Shown here: positions 36,339 to 45,108 of the stretch, one piece after another
How the letters are laid out: each line of letters starts with the position of its first letter
Numbering within the stretch: the stretch's first letter is position 1
Origin: Armatimonadota bacterium
Lineage (GTDB): Bacteria; Armatimonadota; HRBIN16
Direction of reading: 5' to 3'
Assembly (NCBI GenBank): GCA_963677485.1
Contig: OY781964.1
Coordinates: 448,001 to 512,000, forward strand
Length of the DNA: 64,000 nt
Program-made: the position numbers and the translations under genes
The notes under the pieces: generated by a model
Databases searched by the model: none
What the model was told of the DNA's origin: nothing
What the model saw: the letters and a program-made list of their open reading frames with translations, nothing else

Positions 36339-39300
36339 ATGAACCGTATTTTCCTCGTCATACTACTGTGTCTGCTGTACACAGGCACCATCGTAACAGC
36401 AAAGGAAATACCTATGGATATATCAGGCCAATGGCAATGTGTTCTGGATGAACAGGACCAGGCCATGAATGCGGTCAATTGGAGCTCTCAAGGTATCAAT
36501 TCTGTCACCCTTCCAGGATCAACAGACACATGGGGGCTTGGTAAACCCGACCAGCCAGGCATCATCAACCGGTTGAGCCGCAAGCACCGGTATGAGGGCG
36601 TGATCTGGCTGCGCCGCACCGTGGTCTTGCCGAATAAGACCAGCGATCAGTTGTTCCAGCTCAGCCTGGAACGAACACACTGGAAAGCGGAAGCATGGAT
36701 CGACAGCACCTACCTTGGTGATGGAGACAGCCTGAGCTGTCCCAACCGGTTTATGATCCCTGAGAACGTCGGAGGCGGTGAGCACACCATCACACTGCGT
36801 ATCGACAATAGAATGATTGTGCCGATTGGTGACTGGGCCCACGCCGTGACCGATGAAACTCAGACCAACTGGAATGGCGCCATCGGCCGCATCGAGATCA
36901 AATGCCTGCCGAAATTGTATATAAACCGTGTATCCGGCAACCTGACCGCTGCGGCTGAAGCCTTCATGCTGAACATAGAAGGCTGCAACGATATGGGCAG
37001 CGAACAAGAAGTGGAGCTGCACATAAGCGGCCGGATGGTGGACAGCAACGACATCAAACTCACGATCCCCAAAGGGGTCTGGAAGCAGCAGATTCCGGTA
37101 ACCACATCACGCCGGTTCAAACTGTGGGATGAATTTTCACCGAACAGTTGCCAACTTGATATCAAACTGACCACTGGTGACATAATCCATACGACCACCT
37201 GGAATGTATTGAATCGTCGTTTCGAAGCGAAAGGGCATCAACTTCTGCTGAATGGCCGTGCGGTTAAGTTGCGGGGTACACTCGACTGCGCCATCTGGCC
37301 CCTCACCGGCTACCCGCCCATGGACAAGCAAAGCTGGAAAACTTACTTGAATGAACTGCGCCGGTATAGCGTCAACCATGTGCGGTTTCATAGCTGGTGT
37401 CCACCTGACGCCGCCTTTCAAGCCGCTGACTCTTTAGGGCTGATACTGCAAATTGAGCTGCCGTTATGGGCAAACTACGGACATGTGGGCGACAACCCCG
37501 TACTCGCGGACTTCATCAAGCGTGAGGCTTCACGGATTCTGCGTGAATATGGCCAACACCCCTCCTTCTGTCTGTTGAGCATGGGCAACGAGCTGGGTGA
37601 CGGTAAAGAGGAATATCTTGATGATTTGATGAACTCCTGCCGTGCTATTGACCCAAACAAGTTGTACACCCGGCAGAGCGGTTTCGGGCTGGATGGCCGC
37701 AGCGATGATTATATGGTCAACGCCGGACTACCCACAGGCGCAATCCGCGGCGGTTTGAGCAGCAGCACGATGGGCGATTTCCATAATCAAATTAAAGACG
37801 TCAGTAAGCCGGTGATCAGCCATGAAATCGGCCAGTACAGCATGTATGCCGACTATACCGAGATACCAAAATACACTGGTGTGTTGCGTGCGGATAATCT
37901 GGTGGCTTTCAAAGAGAGTGCCCAGAAAAACGGTGTTTTGAAACAGTCTCGTGAATTCCTGGAATCAAGCGGGAAATTCGCCTTACTGTTATACAAAGAC
38001 GAGTATGAACAGGCCTTACGAACATCCAACCTTGCCGGATTCCAGTCGCTTGGCCTGCAGGACTTCCCGGGCCAGGGCAGCACGATGGTTGGATTATACA
38101 ATGCGCTGATGGGTAACAAGCAGATCATCACCCCTGCCCAACATCGCGAATTCTTTAGTGCCACAGTTCCGCTCATCAGGTTGCCGAAACGTATATACAG
38201 GACTGGTGAACAGCTTGTTGCTGATGTTGAGCTCAGTCAATATGGTGCCAGCGATATCAACTCCGAGCTTCTGTGGCATTGCGGAACGGCAAGCGGAAGG
38301 TTCGCGGCTACTCACTACGCCACAGGAGAGTTAAGCCACGTCGGCAAGATAACCACCAAGCTGCCAAAATTCGCATCTGCTAAACAGATTGAGATCACGG
38401 TTGAGGACAGTCTTGGCCGTTTCCGTAATGGCTGGAGCATATGGGTCATCCCAAATAAGCAGCCTGATTTACGTATTCCTGAAGGCATCACCGTCACTCA
38501 GAATGTGAGAGAGGCGATGGAAACAGCCCGGTCAGGCCAGCGCGTGCTTCTGTGTTTGCCGGACAATATGGTGAACAGCGAAATCCCTGGGAGCTTCTTT
38601 CCTGTGTTCTGGAACATGAGGTTATTCTCTCAGCAAGCCGGAACCATGGGCATGCTGGTGCAGCACAAGCACCCCGCCTTACGCCTTTTCCCAACCAAAG
38701 AACACAGCGACTGGCAATGGGAGGACCTAAACCTGAAGTCTCGTCCGATGGACATCACCGGTCTTCCGCTTGACCTGAAGCCAATTATACAGGTCATCGA
38801 CGACTTCGGTCGCAACACACGCTTAGCGGACCTGATCGAAGCCAGGCTTGGCAAAGGCCGCATCATCATCTGCAGCATGGACATCTCTTCGGATCTTTCG
38901 ACGCGACCTGCCGCAGCGTTATTGCGTCAGAGCATCCTGGCGTATATGGCCTACGACGTGTTCGAACCAAAAACCGAGATTTCGGCTGAACAGCTGAAAG
39001 CATTGACCAATCTCGATCAAGTCTCACGCTATGTGCAACCCGGGGATCTCGATAAGTCGCTTATCTGGGTGAAAGCCGGGCAGACGGCCCCGATGGGCCA
39101 GAGCATTCCTTGGAGTGCCGAATACGACCAGTCCATGCTGAAAACTCAGGGAAGCGGGTATACATGGTCCGGGGCGCATTTATGGCGTGACAATGTGGGT
39201 GCCAGCTGGCATGGCACTGATATGGCACTCAAGATCGATGTGCCTGCAGAAACTAAAGGGGTGCTTTGGCTGCATCTGCATGACTGGAACGCACAGTCGC

Positions 39301-39485
39301 GCAAATGTCACATCTTCATCGAAGGACGCGATTGCGGTTCGTTCAGCCGCCAGACCGGCAACGGGCTGTGGGTCAGCCTGCCATTCACAGAGCAGGATAG
39401 CGCAGACAAAAAGCTTGAGGTCTGGGTGCGCGCCGAATCCGGTCCGAATGCCCAGGTGACTCAGTTCGCGGTGATTCCTGAGTAG
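36339..39485 (+). CDS. Secreted GH2-family glycoside hydrolase
   Basis: ISGQW, LERTHW, NWNGAIG, LRGTLDC, NHVRFHSWCPP, HPSF..LSMGNE, PVISHEIGQ and LQDFPGQG. Confidence 0.88.
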   Translation: MNRIFLVILLCLLYTGTIVTAKEIPMDISGQWQCVLDEQDQAMNAVNWSSQGINSVTLPGSTDTWGLGKPDQPGIINRLSRKHRYEGVIWLRRTVVLPNKTSDQLFQLSLERTHWKAEAWIDSTYLGDGDSLSCPNRFMIPENVGGGEHTITLRIDNRMIVPIGDWAHAVTDETQTNWNGAIGRIEIKCLPKLYINRVSGNLTAAAEAFMLNIEGCNDMGSEQEVELHISGRMVDSNDIKLTIPKGVWKQQIPVTTSRRFKLWDEFSPNSCQLDIKLTTGDIIHTTTWNVLNRRFEAKGHQLLLNGRAVKLRGTLDCAIWPLTGYPPMDKQSWKTYLNELRRYSVNHVRFHSWCPPDAAFQAADSLGLILQIELPLWANYGHVGDNPVLADFIKREASRILREYGQHPSFCLLSMGNELGDGKEEYLDDLMNSCRAIDPNKLYTRQSGFGLDGRSDDYMVNAGLPTGAIRGGLSSSTMGDFHNQIKDVSKPVISHEIGQYSMYADYTEIPKYTGVLRADNLVAFKESAQKNGVLKQSREFLESSGKFALLLYKDEYEQALRTSNLAGFQSLGLQDFPGQGSTMVGLYNALMGNKQIITPAQHREFFSATVPLIRLPKRIYRTGEQLVADVELSQYGASDINSELLWHCGTASGRFAATHYATGELSHVGKITTKLPKFASAKQIEITVEDSLGRFRNGWSIWVIPNKQPDLRIPEGITVTQNVREAMETARSGQRVLLCLPDNMVNSEIPGSFFPVFWNMRLFSQQAGTMGMLVQHKHPALRLFPTKEHSDWQWEDLNLKSRPMDITGLPLDLKPIIQVIDDFGRNTRLADLIEARLGKGRIIICSMDISSDLSTRPAAALLRQSILAYMAYDVFEPKTEISAEQLKALTNLDQVSRYVQPGDLDKSLIWVKAGQTAPMGQSIPWSAEYDQSMLKTQGSGYTWSGAHLWRDNVGASWHGTDMALKIDVPAETKGVLWLHLHDWNAQSRKCHIFIEGRDCGSFSRQTGNGLWVSLPFTEQDSADKKLEVWVRAESGPNAQVTQFAVIPE

Positions 39486-39590
39486 GCCGTCATCAGCCAT
39501 GCCCCTGATGGACGAAACGCCCTTCGTACGGATGGAGCGTGCCGTGGGGGTTCAGTTACCGAAGTCTCATAGAATCAAGGAGAACGACCT

Positions 39591-42539
39591 ATGTATGCCT
39601 GGTTTTTCAGTATCGTGCTCACGATTGGGTTAGCCACCTCGCTGGTGGCTCAAACGCCCGATGAGGTGGAGGTCGGTCCCACGCCGATCCCGTGGTATAC
39701 CGGTAACCTGAATGTGCATCCCTTCATGGTGCATTACGGCACAGCGGCAGGTGAACAGCCCGCGATGGACTGGGCTAGCCCCGAGCGGATGGCCATACTG
39801 AAGCGCATCGGCGTGTTTGCCGATTGCGACTACCAGGCCTGGAGCATGGTGGAGCCTCAGCCTGGTAAATGGGATTTCAGCCGGTATATCAAGACAGCCC
39901 AACTGGTAAAAAAAGCGGGTCTGGACTACATCCCCTTCTGCTGGGTTCACTATCCCCCGCAATGGTATCTCGATTCGCCCGACTTCGTGCCCTACCGTTG
40001 CGCGGAACATTGCGAGGATTTGATACAGCTATCACCCTGGTCGCCGAAGGTGTGGGAGGTGTATCGCAGCTATTACCAGGCGCAGAAAAAGGCGATGGGT
40101 GATTACATCGGCTGGATCCGTGTGGCCACGCCCTCGGACTACGGCGAGATCGGCTATCCCGCCGGCATGACCAGTTGGCTGGTGCCGCAGAAGCACGCGC
40201 ACGCCGGCTTCTGGTGCGGTGACAAGTATGCTGTCGCTGACTTCCAAAGCCAGATGAAGTCCAAATTCAAGACGCTGAAGGCCCTCAACGCCCGCTGGGG
40301 CACCGCGTTCAAGCAGTGGGATCACGTCACCCAGCCTGTCACCCTCGACGATGCCGCACGTAAGCAGGCATGGAACTCCAAAAAGAGCACCGATATGCGC
40401 CGTTGGCTGGACTTCATGGACTGGTACAACGGCTTCTGGGTGCGCTTCGTGCCCGGATTGTGCGGAGTGATTCGTGAGTCCTACCCCAAGAACCAGCAGA
40501 TTGTGAGCATCGGTTACGGTGCCGAAAAGAACTACTTCGGCAACGACGTGACTCGGCTGGTTCAGATGGCGAAAAAGACCAAAATCGCGCTCCAGACCCC
40601 CGGAAATGTGAGCTACTACAGTCAAAAGCGCGTCAGCACCGCCTGCCGGTTCTACGGCGTGCCATACTACACAGAGCCGCCGGGTGATGTTCAGCCCAAC
40701 GACGAGATGCGCAGGCTTTATAACGACATCGCCAACGGAATCAGCGTGTTCTTTGACTACCCACCGAACATGGACCGCGTCCGTCCGCAGCTCAAGGAAT
40801 ACAAGGACTTCATGACCGGCGCGCAACCTGTGGTCGACTTTGCCATTTTCAACAGCACCATCAACTTCCGGCTGGAGGATGACGGTGCCTATCCCGGCCC
40901 GGCGTATCTGCTGGGTGAGGGCAGCGAGCAGTACGACTATGATGTGGTAGACGAGACGCTCATCAACGACGGTGTTTTGAAGCACTACCGCGTGATGGCG
41001 TATGTCTACGGCAACACCACGGAGCAGAGCTCGCTCAAGAAAATCGCCGAGTGGGTGAAACAGGGCGGTGCGCTGATCACCAGTCAGATGGGCACCGTGA
41101 GCAGCGTCGAAGGCGGCTCTTCCGTGTGGCGTTCGTTAGTGCCCTCCCGAATGCCGGATGCCGCCAGCTTGCTCAAAGGCGACCGTTGGGACTGGCCAGA
41201 GGTGATCAAGCAGTGCTCGCGGCGTGTGGGCAAGGGCATCGTGATCCAACTACCGGTGAAACCCACCAACTTGAAACCGCTGGTAGATGGCTGCACACAG
41301 GCGATCTACAACCTGAAGCAGGCGGGGAACAGCTTCCGCAACGCTCCGTTGATCGACGATCAAGCGAACGGCTTCCGAGCGGTGCTTCTGACCGACCGCA
41401 TCGTGTTCTACACCTGGATGCCCGATGGAGTGGACACCATCGTGAAGCTGCGGCCTGAGGACTGGGTGGGCCGTAAGCGTCCCGCGCAGATGGAATTTCG
41501 GTTGAAGATGGCGCCGCACACGCTGAGCTCCGTAAGGTTGGTCGATCCATCGACTTCAAGAGTTCTCAGCAACACCCATAACCTGGTAACTTGGATGCAC
41601 GGTCAAAACTATCTTTTCAACGGATGCATGCAATACCTCATGGAGTGTCTCGGCGCAGACAAACAGTATGATTACTGGTTTTTCTCGGGCGTCACGGGGG
41701 ATTCGTTCACCCAGGTCTACCGGCCAGATTGGAGCAAATTCACAAGCTGTTTATCGCAAGATGCGTTCAGTCGTGAGATGGCCAAGAAGGCGTTCGATGC
41801 GTGTGGTTATGAGTTCCAGTATGTAGACAAAGCTGAGTTGCAGGCCCACAAGAGTCGCTACATTAAGAAGATCGTGAATAGCATAAACGCCGGAATACCT
41901 GTCATCTCACGAACGAATGATGATGGAGGTCAGTTTAGTGCGATCTGCGGGTACGAGGACAACGGCAAAACCCTGCTGTTCATGGAAGGCGATAAAACGG
42001 AGCCAACGCGGTATACCGATGGGTTGTCTGGCAAAACCGGCAGCCCCTTATGCCTCGTGTTTGCAGGAAAAAAGAAGACCGCACCACCCATCGCCGATGT
42101 ATACAGACAAGCCGTGATGAATATCCCGCACCAAATCACATTACCTGCTAAAGATGGATTGGTATTTGGTAAGGCTGCGTTCGATTCATGGGCCGACGCG
42201 CTGAGGAATAATGACTTCACTGGCGTGCCCGACGACAAGATGGATACCTGGAAAATCCAAGGAACATATATCTGTATCGCAGGGACAAATGGTTGCTCCC
42301 GCGGTTACATAAAGAAGGCGTTGGAACTCAATCCAGATATGGTCTTTATCAACAAACTGGCGCCTATCTTCGAACGACAGCAAATGCTCTTTGAGTCGAT
42401 GTTATCTATCGGTGGAGGGTTTGAGATCACCAAAGAGACCTTGAGAAATCAGGAGTTAAAGCTGCCCATCATCGCCAAAATCCGGGAGTTCTCGAAATGC
42501 TGTGATGAGATCATGGATGTGTTTGCCTCGCAGAAGTGA
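39591..42539 (+). CDS. Secreted GH42-like (beta-galactosidase-like) protein fused to a C-terminal papain/C39-like domain
   Basis: Signal peptide; WSMVEPQPGKWDFS, HYPPQW, LNARWGTAF and trimerisation-like WVKQGGALI; the last ~330 aa (NYLFNGCMQYLMECLG...AICGYEDNG) are unrelated and AT-richer. Confidence 0.65.
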   Translation: MYAWFFSIVLTIGLATSLVAQTPDEVEVGPTPIPWYTGNLNVHPFMVHYGTAAGEQPAMDWASPERMAILKRIGVFADCDYQAWSMVEPQPGKWDFSRYIKTAQLVKKAGLDYIPFCWVHYPPQWYLDSPDFVPYRCAEHCEDLIQLSPWSPKVWEVYRSYYQAQKKAMGDYIGWIRVATPSDYGEIGYPAGMTSWLVPQKHAHAGFWCGDKYAVADFQSQMKSKFKTLKALNARWGTAFKQWDHVTQPVTLDDAARKQAWNSKKSTDMRRWLDFMDWYNGFWVRFVPGLCGVIRESYPKNQQIVSIGYGAEKNYFGNDVTRLVQMAKKTKIALQTPGNVSYYSQKRVSTACRFYGVPYYTEPPGDVQPNDEMRRLYNDIANGISVFFDYPPNMDRVRPQLKEYKDFMTGAQPVVDFAIFNSTINFRLEDDGAYPGPAYLLGEGSEQYDYDVVDETLINDGVLKHYRVMAYVYGNTTEQSSLKKIAEWVKQGGALITSQMGTVSSVEGGSSVWRSLVPSRMPDAASLLKGDRWDWPEVIKQCSRRVGKGIVIQLPVKPTNLKPLVDGCTQAIYNLKQAGNSFRNAPLIDDQANGFRAVLLTDRIVFYTWMPDGVDTIVKLRPEDWVGRKRPAQMEFRLKMAPHTLSSVRLVDPSTSRVLSNTHNLVTWMHGQNYLFNGCMQYLMECLGADKQYDYWFFSGVTGDSFTQVYRPDWSKFTSCLSQDAFSREMAKKAFDACGYEFQYVDKAELQAHKSRYIKKIVNSINAGIPVISRTNDDGGQFSAICGYEDNGKTLLFMEGDKTEPTRYTDGLSGKTGSPLCLVFAGKKKTAPPIADVYRQAVMNIPHQITLPAKDGLVFGKAAFDSWADALRNNDFTGVPDDKMDTWKIQGTYICIAGTNGCSRGYIKKALELNPDMVFINKLAPIFERQQMLFESMLSIGGGFEITKETLRNQELKLPIIAKIREFSKCCDEIMDVFASQK

Positions 42540-42563
42540 CAAGATAAGTGGAGACAACCTGTC

Positions 42564-42674
42564 ATGATGAATAGAAAAGAGCGCGTGATCGCCGTTATGG
42601 AGCACAGACCGGTCGACAGAACCCCTGTGTTTCCGGTGGCCACCTTTTATCTAAGCTCCGAGGTGCTGAAGTAG
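42564..42674 (+). pseudogene. 36-aa 5' fragment duplicating the start of the URO-D-family gene at 43892
   Basis: MMNRKERVIAVMEHRPVDRTPVFPVATFYLSSEVLK* versus MSGKERVIAAMEHRPVDRTPVFPVVTSYLSSRVMG; DNA near-identical over about 65 bp; has its own RBS GGAGA. Confidence 0.8.
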
Positions 42675-42680
42675 CGCCTT

Positions 42681-43895
42681 ATGAAATCACTACCGGTGAT
42701 GCGTATCATGAACCCGGAGGCCGCCTTCACTCCGATGGCGGCCAAACTGCCTTCGCAAGCCTACAGCGAGACCCCGCCCTGGGTGGTGAACACCAACCTT
42801 GGCACGCTGTTCAGCTTCACAACGTGTTTCAGTTACAGCCTGTTAGCTCGACCCGACCGCAGCCTTTTGCGAGATGCCGATGCGCTCTACCCCGAGACGG
42901 CCTTCCGCAGCTCCGCGGGCGTGATCTCTGAGCAGGACACGCCTCCGCCAGGGCTGATGAACCCCATCCCCTACTGGCGGCGCAACTACTACGGTGTGTT
43001 TTCGATGCATTGCGTCAAGCACCCCCGTACCAGCGAGATTTGCCACCTGGCCGTTCTGCACGGTGAGAACAAGAATGAGCGCGTCTGGCCTGGTGTGCAA
43101 TACGACAACACCATCCTGCCACCACGCAAGTATAAAGAAGATGAGTATAGCGGTGTCCCCCGCAAGGGCGGTGATTACCGCGATAACTGGTCAGCATACT
43201 TCGGGTTCATCGGGATGGCCTGGTGCCCCCGCAGCGAGATGAACGGCTGGCGGTTGATGAGCCATGATGAAGGTCCGATGCTGTGGCCGAGTATGGGCTA
43301 CTTAAGCTCTGACGGCAAACAGGCAGGTTGCGGGTTACGGCATCCCAGCTCGATTGTGCATGATGGGCATCTGTATGTTTTCTATCTGGAGAGCTGGCCG
43401 GTGAAGCCTGGACAGGGACGGCAAGGCGGCATCAAGCTGACGCGAGCACCGCTGGATCGGCTTTGGACCACCGGAAGTTTCTGCAACTGGTTTGATGGCG
43501 GCTTCAAGGAGCCTTCACTGCCGCGCGGTTTCAGCAAGCATGACCGCAGGTGTCTGAGCCAGCCGGGCGGGCGCAGTGACAAGCTCTTCCCTGAGAACGC
43601 GGTGCGCTTTTCGGTCGCCCGCGTGCGTGAAAAGCAACTGTTCGTGGGGGTTGAGGAGCGTCAGACCGAATCACGCTTTGCTGTGTACCTCAGGTGCTCA
43701 GAGGACCTGGTGCATTGGTCTGATGGCGTGCTGGTGCCGGGCTCCGAGCGCGGCTGGGCCGATGGCTACCACTACCCCGTACTCATGAACCGCGAGATGA
43801 GCAGTTGCGAGCTGATAGACCCGGACGGGTTCCTGCTGGCTGCCAGCACCCCACCGAATCCCTTCTTCCGCGAGCTGAAGTTGTCATGGTCATGA
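42681..43895 (+). CDS. Hypothetical protein, possible 5-bladed beta-propeller glycosidase-like
   Basis: LAVLHGE, FIGMAW, HPSSIVHDGHLYVFY, Asp-box-like RCSEDLVHWS and YHYPVL. Confidence 0.5.
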   Translation: MKSLPVMRIMNPEAAFTPMAAKLPSQAYSETPPWVVNTNLGTLFSFTTCFSYSLLARPDRSLLRDADALYPETAFRSSAGVISEQDTPPPGLMNPIPYWRRNYYGVFSMHCVKHPRTSEICHLAVLHGENKNERVWPGVQYDNTILPPRKYKEDEYSGVPRKGGDYRDNWSAYFGFIGMAWCPRSEMNGWRLMSHDEGPMLWPSMGYLSSDGKQAGCGLRHPSSIVHDGHLYVFYLESWPVKPGQGRQGGIKLTRAPLDRLWTTGSFCNWFDGGFKEPSLPRGFSKHDRRCLSQPGGRSDKLFPENAVRFSVARVREKQLFVGVEERQTESRFAVYLRCSEDLVHWSDGVLVPGSERGWADGYHYPVLMNREMSSCELIDPDGFLLAASTPPNPFFRELKLSWS

Positions 43896-44971
43896 GTGGA
43901 AAAGAGCGCGTGATCGCCGCGATGGAGCACAGACCGGTCGATAGAACCCCTGTGTTTCCTGTGGTGACCTCATACCTGAGTTCGCGGGTGATGGGTGTGC
44001 CAATGGAGGGGTTTGCCATTGACCCCAACCTGCACCATACCGCTGGTCTGCCGGCGTTGATCGAGCGGTTCGGGTTCGATGGCGTAGAAATCCCCATGGG
44101 CGCCCCATCAGACACAGCAGAGCACCAGAAGGTAATAGAGCAAGATGGCATCCGCTATTTGGCGGATGTGGCAACCTCGACCCCCATTGCCCGGCTGCAG
44201 CGCGACGACCACCCGATCGCGCTCTCCATTGAACCTTTCCTGAAGAACAAGCGTGATCTGGAGAAGATCACCATCACCCCCGCCGAGGAGTATGAGCGCC
44301 TGGGATGCCTGGAACCGGTCCGTGACTTCGTGCGGGAATACGGCGAGCGTGTGTTCATCGCCGGACATGCCGCGGGGCAGAGCATGAACTCGCTGGCCGC
44401 ATGGCGGGGCAGCGATCAGGCGATGCTGGACCTCGTGGACGACCCGGAGTTTGTCCACACGGTCATGGAGCGCGCCACAGCGATGTCCATTGAAGTGGGC
44501 AAGGCCATGATCAAAGCCGGTGTGCATGGCATCTATATCGGCGACGCCTGGGCCTCTGTGAGCATCATCTCACCCAGATACTATGAACGTTATTGCCTGC
44601 CCTATCATGCCAATGCGGCTGAGGCGTTTCACCAGCTTGGTGCCAAGGTCTATCTGCATATCTGCGGTCACAGCAGCCCGATTCTGGAGATGATGGCGGA
44701 TACCGGTGTGGATGCCATCGAACCGCTTGACTTGATGAACACGGCGCTACTGGCCGATGCGAAACGGAGGGTCGGCGACAAGGTTTGTCTCAAAGGCGGG
44801 GTCAGCACCTCGCTGCTGCTGAACGGCTCACCTGACGAGGTGTATGCAGCCTCTGTCAGCGCCATCGAGGTGTGCGGCCCTACCGGCTACATTCTGGGCA
44901 GCGGTGACGACATCCCGCGTGACGCCCCGCTGGCAAACGTCGACACCATGCTCCGCGCCGCTCGCGGCTGA
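43892..44971 (+). CDS. Uroporphyrinogen decarboxylase / MtaA-CmuA family protein
   Basis: KERV...DRTPVFP, WRGSDQAMLDL, IISPRYY, HICG metal motif, CLKGGV and GYILGSGDDIP. Confidence 0.85.
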   Translation: MSGKERVIAAMEHRPVDRTPVFPVVTSYLSSRVMGVPMEGFAIDPNLHHTAGLPALIERFGFDGVEIPMGAPSDTAEHQKVIEQDGIRYLADVATSTPIARLQRDDHPIALSIEPFLKNKRDLEKITITPAEEYERLGCLEPVRDFVREYGERVFIAGHAAGQSMNSLAAWRGSDQAMLDLVDDPEFVHTVMERATAMSIEVGKAMIKAGVHGIYIGDAWASVSIISPRYYERYCLPYHANAAEAFHQLGAKVYLHICGHSSPILEMMADTGVDAIEPLDLMNTALLADAKRRVGDKVCLKGGVSTSLLLNGSPDEVYAASVSAIEVCGPTGYILGSGDDIPRDAPLANVDTMLRAARG

Positions 44972-44982
44972 GTTTGGGGGCT

Positions 44983-45028
44983 GGATAGAATCACCTACAC
45001 GTGTTGATAAGTATAGGTGATTCTATCC
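44983..45028. terminator. Hairpin between convergent transcription units
   Basis: 14-bp inverted repeat GGATAGAATCACCT / AGGTGATTCTATCC. Confidence 0.55.
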
Positions 45029-45036
45029 GTTCTTAT

Positions 45037-45108
45037 TTAGGGCATAGGCTTCCACACGTAGATGGTCTTCTGGCTGGTGATGTCGATCACGGAGGGTTTT
45101 TCGATCAT
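45037..45108 (-). pseudogene. Remnant of a third B gene of the beta-propeller array (23 aa, MIEKPSVIDITSQKTIYVWKPMP)
   Basis: ATGA overlap with the A3 stop, as B1 overlaps A1; matches the B2 C-terminus LSVVDIASQKTIYVWKQP. Confidence 0.7.

Noticed and set aside
39486-39555. Hammerhead-ribozyme-like CTGATGGACGAAAC after the GH2 gene
   Set aside because: The core is not CUGANGA, stem II is missing, and there is no NUH site followed by stem I. It is better explained by the simple hairpin GTCATCAG/CTGATGGAC.
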